DNA from: Candidatus Saccharimonadota bacterium
GTDB taxonomy: Bacteria > Patescibacteriota > Gracilibacteria > BD1-5 > UBA6164
Direction: 5' to 3'
NCBI GenBank assembly: GCA_965229705.1
Contig: OZ245922.1
Span: forward strand, 60,001 to 92,000
DNA: 32,000 nt
Below, piece after piece: positions 1 to 10,740 of the stretch. The first letter of the stretch is position 1. Each line of letters starts with the position of its first letter. Below the pieces are notes generated by a model, which saw only the letters and a list, made by a program, of their open reading frames with translations, made no database searches and had not been told where the DNA came from. The position numbers and the translations under genes are program-made.

Positions 1-22
1 CTTCTCGACAATCCTTGAGAAA

Positions 23-1096
23 CTATTGAATTGTATCAACTTCTTCAATCTTCAGTTGTCGTTTTTTAGTATCATCAGGAGCAATCATCACAATATCTTT
101 ATCAATAATATCGAGGCGTTTTTTGCCATCATTGTAGTGATTGACTGTTGTATTGAGAGCGTTTCCGAGTTTTTGGTACCCCAGCTCATATTTTTCGAGA
201 TCTTTTTGGAGTTTGAGAACATATTTTTGGATTTCTTTTGCTTGTTTTTCGATTTGTAGAGACTTCATTCACTGGATAACTGTCTGGAGATAGGCATAAA
301 AACCGCTTGGGGAGCAGATGATGACTTTTTTTGAAAAGCCATATTCTATGAGTTTTTGAGGAGCTATATCTCACAGTTTATTGATAAAAATATCATAATA
401 CATTCACTCTGCAGGAATGAGCATAAAAGCGAAATCTGTAGTGCCTTCATTGGGAAGAATATACTTTGCGACTTCATCAATTCGAGTATGTATATCTTTT
501 TTGAGAGCGTTGGAATAACTCTTGATCACAAAATCTTCTTCGGCTGAAACAAGTTTTTCATAGTTTTCTTGGGGAAACTTTGCGTCTATAGGGATAGTCA
601 TATTTCAGACAAAGAGTGCCGCATCAACGATACCTGTTGAAAGCTGATACTGTAGTAAATATTGACCCTCAGTAAAGACATTTTCCAGAAGTTCTTTGAG
701 GAAATATTCTCAGAGATTTCCTCGTCTTTTTGGATTCTTGAGAATACTCTCGAGTCACTCAAGGCGACTTCATATATCTTTGATATGCTTATTTGTTTCA
801 GTGATTTCTGTCAGTTTTTTGGTGATGTTTGCAATATTGGTATTGGATATATGAGCGACTTCTTGAGAGTTTTTTATCGTTTGAGACATATTCTGCGTGA
901 GAGACTTGGTACTGTCTGAGAGCTTTGTATCAAGAGTATGCGAGAGGTGTAGGAGCTGTTTTTGGAGGAGCTGGAGTTCTCAGGAGTTATTTTTTCATTG
1001 ATATTTTTTTGAAAGTAGCAGTATCACTCAAACACATACTCCTATAAGAAGTACAAAAGAGAGTGAGAGCAGGATAAAAAATATATCGAGGGACAT
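23..1096 (-). CDS. rmuC: DNA recombination protein RmuC (357 aa with TGA = Gly)
   Basis: Track fragments 23..268 and 404..601 share one frame and join through in-frame TGAs. N-terminal TM helix MSLDIFFILLSLSFVLLIGVCVGVILLL. Motif KNPKRRGNLGEYFLKELL, where the G of the G-E pair is the TGA at 710-712. Further RmuC-like stretches: IDAKFP, FMLIPAEG, VIICSPSGFYAYLQTV. ATG at 1096-1094, true stop at 25-23. Confidence 0.85.
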
Positions 1097-1192
1097 AGTC
1101 GTATTTAAGAGGATATTTTGTAAAAGTATATAATAACTTTGAAAAACTGCGAAAAATAATCCAGATTTTTGCACTCAAGGAAAAAGTGTGCT

Positions 1193-3724
1193 ATGTTTAC
1201 GAGGATACTCTCTAAATACCATATACATATGTACTTTTTACAGCAGATATACACGCAGTTTTGCTCTCATGTATTCTTAAGATTTCAGACTCCAGAAGAG
1301 GCGATGATGCAAGACAGGCAAGAATGAATCGATGATATCGATGAAGCACAAAAATATATAGAAGCGCTCCAAGCATCACAATCTATCGTATGAAAGCATG
1401 TACAAATCTTGTCCAACTTTCTCACAAAGGTCGAGGCGTGAGAGATAGCCTGACTCTCATCTGAAGATGCAGAGTTTTTACCACTCAAAGAAAAACTTGA
1501 TCGAAAGATAATAGAGCTCGAAAATCTCAAAGGAGATAGAACACTTCTCTCTCATGTGCAAGATAATGCTCTTGAGGATGTAGGTATTGAGGCGTATAAA
1601 GAAGTGATTGATACGAGTATTGAGAACAGAGAAAAGTGAGAATTTTTTTCGCGACTCGAAAGCGTTACGATTGAAAGTTTACAAGAAGGTGAAGCTAACA
1701 GTATTATTACAGAATTTGGAGAAGTATATATTTCTCAATGGCAAGCAGAGCTTGCTGAGCAAATAAGGTTCGAAACACCAGACGCAAAAACGCAGGGATT
1801 TATAGAAAAAATAGCGCAGATTCAGAGTATTTTTGAGATGGAGTCTTCTTCAAAAAATGGAGAAAGAAGTGGTGAGGTGATAGAGTTTTATAATAAGATA
1901 AAAGATATAGAAGAACCCCTCACTCTTGAAAGTGCAAAAGGTATAGTTGAGGAGTTTGGTTTCTGACTTATTCGATCATGGATAGATGAAAAACAGGAGT
2001 TTCTCCAATCTGATCCTCAATTTTCAAATCATATAGCATGACATATACAGCAGGCAAAAGAGATTTTGAGACTGGCTGACAATCGAGACTTTGAAGATAT
2101 GCAGGAGCTTGTCACGATGAAGAGAGAAGATTTTTTTACGCGTTATGATCACACTCAGAGACTCCGCTATGTGACTCGCGAGGCTATTGATCCAACAAGC
2201 CTAGAAGTTGATACTGAAATGGAGTTTCAGTTTCATTTTCTCTGAGAACTGAATACTGACCTAGAACGCCTCTCAGCAGGAGATGTCCTCCCAGATACGG
2301 TAGAGGCAGTAACAAAGGGGGATAAGACCTATACTCGTCGTGGACCTCTGGGAGACTTTGTTGAAGATACTTCAGATGGATCATTGTGAGCAAGACTTAC
2401 GCTCCTTGATGGAGAAACACTCACTATCAAAACACTGAGAACAGATGACGCACTTTCATCAATATATGCAGGCATAGATGAAACGCTACAAGAGAGTGGT
2501 CTAAACGGAGCAGAGCTCGATGTGGCTCGTCAGGCACTCAATACGTGACAAGATATTCCACCAGCAGAAGTGACGCAAGCTCTTGTAGAGTATGCCAGAT
2601 CATGAGGAAATATCGAAAAAGAGCTAAACAATATGTTTGATGTTTTTGGCGTGATTGCAGAAAGTTTGTGAGAAAATTCACTTGTAGGAAAACTTCTCAA
2701 AGGCTTTATTGATATGCTCTCAAGCTCCGATCTTTTGGCAGATGAGGGAGAATGATGACTTGGAACACATTCATTTGAATGATTTTGGAATTATGGTCCT
2801 GTCTGAGATCAACTTGCAAGTTTTTTGATCACACACAGACCAGTATATAATGGACAACCATATTACTGTGGACAAAATGTTTGAGAAGCGCTGAATCACT
2901 TTGGTATAGAAGGTCTGCCCCAGTCAGGAAGACATGGTCATAAGTGGGCAGATATCTGTAGATCAAGACCAAACCAGTTTCAAAAATGGGAGTGAAGAGC
3001 TGAAGATGCTCCTGCGTGAGCAGTGATCTCTTATCATAAAAACACATGATGAAGTCAAGAAAGGCAAGAGCATGGTCATGTGGAAATCGCTCTCGGAAAT
3101 GGGCAGTTTTATTTTGGGCAAATCAATAATCATCCGGGAGGAAGCAATACTTCACCACAACCATGAGAATATGAGATATATATTTCTATTGCGAAAAAGG
3201 TCGATGGGAGTGATAGAGACCTCTGATTTGCGGATGCAGAAGGGATAAATACGGATAGTTTACATCCTCATAGAAAAGCCATTGTTGATGCAGCACTGAC
3301 ATCATATAATCAGAGAGATATTTGTGATGCAGAGCACTGTACTGATTGGGTAGATAAGATATATGCTAGGGCTGTTTTAAATAGTGTACATAATAAGCCA
3401 CAAAAATTTAATAGTGTGAGCGAGGTTTCACCAACTGGTAGTGGTGACACCTGACTGCGTCCAGGAGATGAGGGTTATGCTGGAAACGATGTGATAAATA
3501 CACTCGAACCAGGTGATCATATCATGGTAGATCATGGACCAAACTATGGGCGATGAAGAACTCATAGTGCCATCATACTCGAAGCGCCGGTTGATGGTAT
3601 TGCTCGAGTTGTGAGCTATCCAAATCATGGACGTCCTCCACAGATAGAACGTTATGATCTTACATGACAAGGGAGATGAGGAGCAAGACCAGAAAAGATA
3701 CTCAGAGTACATTCTGCTGTGTAA
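1193..3724 (+). CDS. Large (843 aa) multidomain cell-wall hydrolase: long alpha-helical/acidic N-terminal region, CHAP-like amidase domain, second NlpC/P60-like Cys-His domain
   Basis: One frame stays open from ATG 1193 to TAA 3722-3724 once the many TGAs are read as Gly. The standard-code track lists no + ORF here at all. C-terminal part: YNGQPYYCGQNVGEALNHFG...HGHVEIALGNGQFYFGQ (Cys/His papain-like CHAP signature). This is followed by ICDAEHCTDWVDKIYARAV...GDHIMVDHG...THSAIILE (NlpC/P60-like). It is paralogous to the C-terminus of 7334..10714. No obvious signal peptide. Confidence 0.7.
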
Positions 3725-3737
3725 TATTGATACTGGT

Positions 3738-3846
3738 CTTAAGGAAACTCTGAAAAATAGAAAAATTCTAATCCTCTCTGGCTCTATGGAGACATCTCTC
3801 CTTTGAAAAAGGAGAGAAAAAAGGAGTTTCTCAGAGCTTCCTTAAA
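3738..3846. repeat. MITE/REP-like intergenic repeat, type A core (copy A1)
   Basis: Terminal inverted repeats cttaaggaaactctgaaaaa ... tttctcagagcttccttaa. They flank the core ctaatcctctctggctctatggagacatctctcctttgaaaaaggagagaaaaaaggag, which contains the hairpin ctctccttt-gaa-aaaggagag. Near-identical copies at 4666, 5460 and (inverted) 29334. Confidence 0.8.
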
Positions 3847-3871
3847 ATAAAATCTATAAATCAATTACGGT

Positions 3872-4660
3872 ATGTTAGAACATTTTAATACTTCATGATC
3901 TTGAGAAATCCCTTTTCATAGCAATGAAAAGGGTATTGTGGAAGATCAGTCTCTAGAGCTTGTAATGAGACCGGTCTCATCGAATTTCAGAGACTCCTTA
4001 ACACAGCTGCAAGAAGATATATGAGGTAGTAGCGATGTTTTGCCTGTAGATTTTTCAGAAAATATCAATACGAGAATGAGTCCTGAAGAGCTTCAAGAAC
4101 ATATAGAGAGGTACATAAATGAGCTTGATGTTGAGATACTCACAGACGAAGAGTTTCTCAGAGAACTCATAGCTTTATGTGGAAGACGATCGATATATGT
4201 TGAAGATATGCTCTTTATGATGTATAGTGAGTCCTACCTAGATCCTCAGGCGCAAAATAGTCAGTCATGAGCAGTATGACTCATACAATTTATGCCTTCA
4301 ACTCTCACGCGTCTTGCAAAATCTCTTGGTCATGGAACAATGACGCCGGAAAACATGAAAAATATGTCAGGGACACAGCAACTCGAATATGTAGAGGCAT
4401 TTTATGCAGGGTTTTGAGAACGAAATCTGGACTCTTTAGAGAAACTCCATCTTGCAGCTTTTTATCCTGTGGCTTTATGAAAGCCAGAAGATTTTGTACT
4501 CGGGAGTGAGAGCTCTAATCCTCGTCGTTCTCACATTATTGCAGAGCAAAATCCTGCTATTGCAGACGCTGCCGGAAGAGATGATGGACTGATAGATGTA
4601 CAGGGATTTTATCGTTATGTTCAAGGAAAGGTAGCTGAGACTGGTCTCAATATACGGTAA
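3872..4660 (+). CDS. Lytic transglycosylase, SLT-domain protein (start uncertain: ATG 3872, TTG 4040 or ATG 4073)
   Basis: Track ORF 4040..4270 continues through TGA to TAA 4658-4660. Catalytic-region signature: MYSESYLDPQAQNSQSGAVGLIQFMPSTLTRLAKSLG (E-S ... GL.QFMPsT of SLT/goose-lysozyme-like transglycosylases). The longest ORF starts at ATG 3872, but 3900-4003 contains a perfect hairpin and a repeat remnant, so a downstream start is plausible. Confidence 0.65.
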
Positions 4661-4665
4661 GATAG

Positions 4666-4793
4666 CTTTGGAGAAAAATCTCTCATCCTCTCTGGCTCTA
4701 TCGAGCTATCTCTCCTTTGAAAAAGGCATTTTCGCTTTCTCGAGACCGGTCTCTTTTACACGAGATTTTTCTATTTCTCAAAACTTCCTTAAA
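4666..4793. repeat. MITE/REP-like repeat, composite: truncated type A core fused to an inverted type B core
   Basis: Left part tcatcctctctggctctatcgagctatctctcctttgaaaaagg is a type A core. Right part cattttcgctttctcgagaccggtctcttttacacgag...tttctcaaaacttccttaaaa is a type B core with GAGACCGGTCTC at 4742-4753, in reverse orientation. The repeat overlaps the last codons of the tsaC-like gene. Confidence 0.7.
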
Positions 4794-5349
4794 ATCGTCT
4801 AACATAATCAACCTCGCAAGAGTCTCAGATAAAGCGAAAAACATCTGAGGCTTTGTTGTCTTCATCAAGATAGTATGATCCTAGGAGTTCTATCTGACCA
4901 TTTTTGAGATAGTATCAAAAATCTTCTTCTACCTCTTCGGGAGTATATATCTCTCACTGACGTGAAATATTTGCTGAAGTCATCCAAAGAGGACCATGAG
5001 TTTGTATCAGCATATCTTGCACATCATTGTGACTTACTCGAAAAGAGAGTTCTTCATAAATATCTTTATTGATTAGGTATTGTTCTTTTTCGTCTTGGTA
5101 ATTGAGGAAGAGTGATATATATGTTGACTGCGTTAATATGGTAAATGGTCGAGGATAGTTTCTGAGAAACTCTATCTGTTCCTGATTTAGAGTAGTATTT
5201 TCCTTGATCCAGTCAAAGCTTTCTACCAAGATTGCCATAGGTTTTTCGAGAGAGCGTTTCTTGATTTTGTAGATTTGCTCATAGCTATTTTTATCATGCA
5301 GTGGGCAGGCAATACCATAACAGGTATCTGTAGGAAGAATAAAAATCAT
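4789..5349 (-). CDS. tsaC: L-threonylcarbamoyladenylate synthase, YrdC/TsaC-family domain protein (186 aa)
   Basis: N-terminus MIFILPTDTCYGIACPL...KIKKRSLEKPMAILV...PLWMTSANISRQ matches the YrdC-fold motifs (PTDT.YG, K.R...KP, TSAN.S). The track stop at 4954 is a TGA. Read-through continues GEIYTPEEVEEDFGYYLKNGQIE... to TAA at 4791-4789. Confidence 0.75.
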
Positions 5350-5459
5350 AGGGGAAAATTGAATGGTATGTAAATTGTAATATGAAGTGCAACTATCTTT
5401 TTTAAAAAAGAGATTTTGTCAAAGTCATTTTTTGCGAAGTTTCTAAAAATGTGCTATTG

Positions 5460-5650
5460 TTAAGGAAGTTTTGAGAAATAAAAAAATTTTCTAATCCTCC
5501 CTGGCTCTATCGAGTCATCTCTCCTTTGAAAAAGGAGAGAAAAAAGGAGTTTCTCAGAGCCTCCTTAAGGAACTTCTGTGAAACAAGAGAATTTTGTGAA
5601 AGGAACTGGTCTCGCGAAAAACGAAAATACCTTTTCTCAAAGACCTTATA
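5460..5650. repeat. MITE/REP-like repeat, tandem composite: full type A unit (5460-5569) abutting a type B unit (5564-5650) that shares one terminal cttaagg
   Basis: Type A unit: ttaaggaagttttgagaaa...ctaatcctccctggctctatcgagtcatctctcctttgaaaaaggagagaaaaaaggagtttctcagagcctccttaagg. Type B unit follows: aacttctgtgaaacaagagaattttgtgaaaggaactggtctcgcgaaaaacgaaaatacc ttttctcaaagacctta. Confidence 0.75.
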
Positions 5651-5670
5651 ATCAAATAATACATATTGCT

Positions 5671-7245
5671 ATGTTGTGAACAACATATCTCTACATGCTT
5701 GCACTCTCCTCATATACTTTCTCCTTTGGAGAAGGTGCTGAATGAAGCGAAGAGACAGAACCTCAACCATCTATATCTGATCTTCTTCGAGAGTTCCGCG
5801 AACAAAATGAATATAATCCATGAAATACTCCAGCTCAGAGTGCTATTCCTGAAGGTTTTTATGAAGTAGAGGGATACGGAGATATGTTATTTCAGAGCTT
5901 TTTCGATTATTTGGAAGGTATAGAGTTAAAACCAGAAAATATGCATGAGGTAATAGAGACAGTGCAAGATAAGTATAGTATATCTCTTCTCCATCGAGTG
6001 ATACAGGAAAATACTGCTCAAAGGACAAAGGCTATAACGCTGATGATCCTGATGGATAAGAGAGGACTCTCAGAGGATGATACACAGAGGGGAAAAACAC
6101 TATCTTGGGAGGAGTTTTTAGATGTGTATCCTCAGAGTGAAAGGCTCGCCTTTCTCACTCGCCATGGGATGACAGATGACTCTTGCAAACTATGAGCACA
6201 GGGAGAATTTTATTTTTATTTTGCTTGAGTATATAACAGAAACTTGAGCGAAAACTTTGATGTATTTACAGTTATGCCAGAACATGTTCAGAGCTTTACT
6301 ATGGAATGAAACGAATATGTGCGAGATGCAGAGAGAAAATGATTTTATAGTCAAACAGGAGAAGAGGCTGATATTTCTCAGTGAAGCAAGTTTGAGATAT
6401 CGAGCTTTGTCTCAAACAAAGTTGCACAGTGACAGGATCAGTGAAATGAAGATCCTACTGTTCCACAGACACTTACCCTTGAACCTCTTTCTGCTGAAAC
6501 GCCTGAACCACAGACATTTTCTGCACCAGAAGTTCCTCTACAAATACCTGAAAATCAGGAAGATATCCCTGTACAGCATGTTGTTGCTCTCAGAGAGAGG
6601 AATAGGCTCTTATCCTGAGATATACACTCAGTTGTGAGCGCCTATAGAGAAAAATACCCAGGAACATCTGAAAGTGAAAATATCCTCTCTTCGGGAACGC
6701 TTGCTTTTTATGAGCAAGACTCTCAGTGGTCAAAGGCTCTTGCAGATATGCGAACAAGAGTTCCTGATATCGATACCAAGCCACTAGCGTTTGTAGGAGA
6801 CTTTGATAATGAGGAGTTACTTATCATTGCTCATGGTCAAGCGGTAGTAGTGAAATCTCTTATGTGAGCATCGAGACCTCCACATAATAGCTTTCGAACC
6901 TCTACGCAGATGGCAGTCAGTGATCAAAAGCATGGAGATACCAGCCTCGCATGATCGGCAACGGTTGTAGGTGTTGCATTTTATTTTGGAGATGAATACC
7001 ATGTTCACGGAGTAGATCAGGGAAGGATCAATATTAACGGAGAAACTCTTGGCTGCACTACGACGGAGGCAGATCTCTTGCGTGATATAGCTCTGAATCT
7101 TGTAGAGCAGGGCTACGCTCGGGAAGATACAAGATACGGAACTTATAGGAGAACGGGAAGAAAGAATACTCATGGATGGAAAAGTCTGACAGGAAATACC
7201 ACAAGATATCTAATAAATACATCTATACCACATTTATTGTTTTAG
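5671..7245 (+). CDS. Hypothetical protein, 524 aa (function unknown; sits inside the cell-wall hydrolase island)
   Basis: Track fragments 5884..6195 and 6634..6867 are in the same frame. I checked every codon from 5671 to 7245 and found only TGA interruptions. First ATG after the upstream TAA (5566-5568) is 5671; TAG stop at 7243-7245. Contains a Pro/Glu-rich linker (TLTLEPLSAETPEPQTFSAPEVPLQIPENQEDIP). I recognise no family motif. Confidence 0.55.
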
Positions 7246-7333
7246 TAAATATTTTTCTCTGACTATTTTTTGATTCAATACAGAGAATATGATAGTATAT
7301 TGTTATAAATATTATATTATAATATATAAAGCG

Positions 7334-10300
7334 ATGCGAAATATATTTTTGAGAAGCATATACCATTCTTTTGAGAGTTTTATGACTCTTTCATTTGAAG
7401 GAAATAATGATAGAGGAAACGATGCTCAAACGGATAATATTCCTACAGGATCTGATTCTCAAGATACTACTTTTGAGTGAGATCATCGTTCAGAAGCTCC
7501 TGGTGTACTTGCAGAATCAACTGCTCAAAGATGAGATTTGAGAGCAAGTTTAGTGAACCCATCTGAGTGATCATCTACTCCTACACTCTGAAATTCACAA
7601 ATATCAGAACAATCAATAAACTGGGATACGACAGATTTTAATGTGGATGATATGTTTGAGAGCTATGAAGAATTTGCTGATCTCAAGAAAGATATTATAA
7701 AAATGAGTGCAGACTTTCAAAACTATACGCCTGAAGACTTTCAGAGAGCTCAAGAAATTTTAGATCGTGGTTTGGATGAATTGCATGATTTTGCTCAGGT
7801 GTATAACCATGACTTTATTGAAGATCATAAAAATAGTAGTCAAGATAATGATCCAGATAGAAAATATTATAAAGCCATCGTTCTTATTGGTGCAAAGGAC
7901 GAAAGAGGTCTTCCTGCTGAGTTAGCTGAGAATTTACAGAATATGACGGCTAATGAGTTTACTGAACAATATAATCAAAATGACAGAATCTTTATACTTA
8001 ATGCAAACGGTCATAGAGCAGAAGACCTAGAGGTAGGAAGTGAACTTACTATGTATATGTATTTTAATAATGATTATAATGCAAATTTTGAAAATTTGAA
8101 TCTTGGAGACACACTTCCAGATATTGTAGAGGGTATTACTATTCATGATATATGAAATACAGAGTTTACGAGACAAGGTCTTATTTGAGATTTTTATAAT
8201 GTAGACGGTGTTATGGCAAGAGCTACAATGTGAGAAAAAGTCATTATCCTCAGACTTCGTTCTCCACAAAAAGTTCAAGAAATGTATGATGAGATTGACA
8301 AGCAGATAGCTGACCTCCTTGCTGATTATCCAGAATCTCGGCATGAGTATATGCAAGGGATTGTGCGACCTCTCCTTTTGAGAGGTGAAGAGCTGCCAAG
8401 CAAGAGGTTTTTGGCATTTCTCAGTCATGATATAGTGAGAGACTTTTTATGAGGAGAGGATGCTATGCAGAGGAGAATGGCAGAGATCATGGAAGTATAT
8501 AAAAATCAGTCTTTTGATAGAGAGACTGTAGCTAACACTTTTAAATGGATCTTTTCTGATATACAAAAAGAACAAATACAAGAGGCTCTCTGAACAGATG
8601 ATATGAGAATATTAGCTGATATCATTGTTGTATACCAAATGTCAGAGAGTATGACACAAGCTACTTGAGTCTTTTCAGTGAGAGATGTAATTACAAGACT
8701 TACAGAAAAAATGGGAGTTTCTGAAGATATTTTCAAGACAGACGAAGAGTTACTCCGTGAATATCCATATGATATTGGAGAAGCAATCATATATATTGAT
8801 TTTCACTACTCAGAAGATGAAAGAAAAGATTTGCAGAGAGTACTTGGTTTAAATACTTATGACGCGAGTGAAATTGCTCTCGCAGTTGCTCTTTGGCAAA
8901 TCAAAAATAGGGACAACCCAGAGTTTGAGGATATTGCTGTTGATGGAAGACCATGAAGCTTGGAACTTGAGGAGCTTGGTATTACTCGTGAACAAAATGT
9001 TTCATTTAACGAGCAGAAGGCAGCTACATATATATGAAAGCAAAATGTGCAAGAGATAAGAAGACTTTTTCGCGCTAAAGAGACAGATAGTCTTGAGTTC
9101 CTTGCTCTCACGGTTGCTCGTTGGCAGCAAGCAAATGGCGCTTATGTTGATGGAATGCCTGGACCTAATACACTTGGCTCGTTAAGAGAAAACTATCCAG
9201 AATCACTTTTCTCCTCAGATCTATATGCGAAGTATGAAGATATAAATGGTCTAAAAAATCCTTCGATAGAATATAAAGAATCTATCTGGTGGGAAAAAGA
9301 CCCCAGTGCTTACAAAAGTTATAATATTATCGAAGCTGCTAGTTATATTGATGATCTTTCTTCAGATAATATAGAAAAATTGATTACTCTTTTTGATATA
9401 TTAGGAGAAAATATTGGCAGTGAAGCTATTGCTTATTGGATTGCAAAAGCTCAAATAGCGTATAACTCAAATCATCATATAGAGGACTTAGAAGGAGCTC
9501 TAGAGGTTACTGGTATACCCTCAGAGGAAACGCTTCAGGCATTATTTGGAGCAGAGACTCTTGATGAGGTATTTGAAAATAATTCTCAGTGAGAAGCAAT
9601 AAGTCAAATAGAATATAGAAAAGAAGATTATTACAACGAACACCAAGCGAGGTCGTATCTTAAAATGCTTTATACTGACGATCAGATCGGGCTGTTACAG
9701 AATGCATTTTTTCCTTCTAATACTGAAGATAATGATTCTAGTGATTTAGAACAGATTAACAATCTTACATCGGTAATCGCTGATTTCCAATTGCGTATAG
9801 GTTTGATACCTGATGGAAAAATATGACCAGAGACTAGACCACTTGTAGCACAATATTATCCAATTGAAGAATCTCAGTTAGAACCAGTAGATCGAACTAC
9901 TATAGTAGGGAATACTACTTCATCACAAAACAATCTCCTTGAAGGTACATGAGAGCCTGAAATAAACTATGAAGTAGCTATTAATTATATGGAGAAATAT
10001 TTTACAGTAAAGGATTTACGAAAAATTCGTAGTATGCTATGAAATGGTTGGATGAGAAATAGATGAATCGTAAATGCCGTAGCAGAGTATCAAAGAAACA
10101 ATAATATACCCGTAGACGGACTCCTCCGAACAGAATACCTTTTAGCAGGATTACCAAAACCAAATACAAATCCACAAGAAATAGTACAAATACATCCAAA
10201 AGACTTAGATATACAAGAAACAACTCTTTGACAAGAAATAGCGATATCTATTAATTATCATGGTACAATACATAACGCTAATGAGTTTACTTGTGGGATA

Positions 10301-10714
10301 AATGTTTGAACTGAGCTCATTGCAAATGGCTTTGAAAATATGCCTAGATCAAGGAGACATGGATATAGATGGGAAGAGATTTTAAGAGATAGGCCAGACC
10401 AGTTTCTCGATGTAACACACCTCTACACTCCATCCACAGCTCCTCCATGATCGGTTATATCTTATGATAAAAATACATGATGATCACAGCAGCGTCAAGA
10501 TTATGGTCATGTAGAGATAGCTCTTGGAGATATTGGAAAAGGTAAAAGATGATATTACTTTGGTCCGATTGAAAATAGACCAGGTTGAAGTAACCCAAAT
10601 TTTGAAGAAGGAACTTATAGTATATTTCTTCCGATTTCCAAGAAGATTCCAACGACGCCTTTACAGATAGCTCAAAATATTTTAACACCAAGTGATGTAG
10701 GGACTTTGGATTAG
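7334..10714 (+). CDS. Giant (about 1126 aa) peptidoglycan-binding / CHAP-like cell-wall hydrolase
   Basis: Track fragments 7289, 7643, 8678 and 9047 share one frame, and every line to TAG 10712-10714 was checked. Four PG_binding_1-like repeats: LAVALWQIKNRDNPEFEDIAVDGRPG; LTVARWQQANGAYVDGMPGPNTLGSL; IADFQLRIGLIPDGKIGPETRPLV; AVAEYQRNNNIPVDGLLRTEYL. C-terminal CHAP-like domain: EFTCGINVGTELIANGF...YGHVEIALGDIG. The start could be 7289, 7334 or 7382. Confidence 0.75.
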
Positions 10715-10740
10715 TACATTGAGACCGTCTCAGTTATATC

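Noticed and set aside
3428-3712. Antisense or out-of-frame track ORFs: 3428..3712(-), 2184..2393(-), 6817..7173(-), 8027..8428(-), 8506..8790(-), 11998..12402(-), 15942..16328(-), 16123..16362(-), 18590..18982(-), 21409..21831(+), 22425..23009(+), 24240..24440(+), 24535..24792(+), 24977..25228(+), 25415..25681(+), 30038..30457(-), 31037..31366(-)
   Set aside because: Each lies opposite to, or out of frame with, a longer motif-bearing code-25 gene. Each has a low-complexity, Phe/Leu/Ser/Ile-rich composition typical of shadow ORFs in AT-rich DNA.
3738-5650. Possible CRISPR array, suggested by recurring about 100-bp repeats with hairpins
   Set aside because: The copies are dispersed over 26 kb and sit in both orientations. 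They have no regular repeat-spacer periodicity, are much longer than CRISPR repeats, and have inverted termini. They behave like MITE/REP elements.
5671-7245. L,D-transpeptidase (YkuD) assignment for the 524-aa protein, based on the HG...LGC stretch near its C-terminus
   Set aside because: The spacing and context (VHGVDQGRININGETLGCTTT) do not match the HG-(x)n-S/A-x-GC-(I/V)-R signature well enough. The protein is left as hypothetical.
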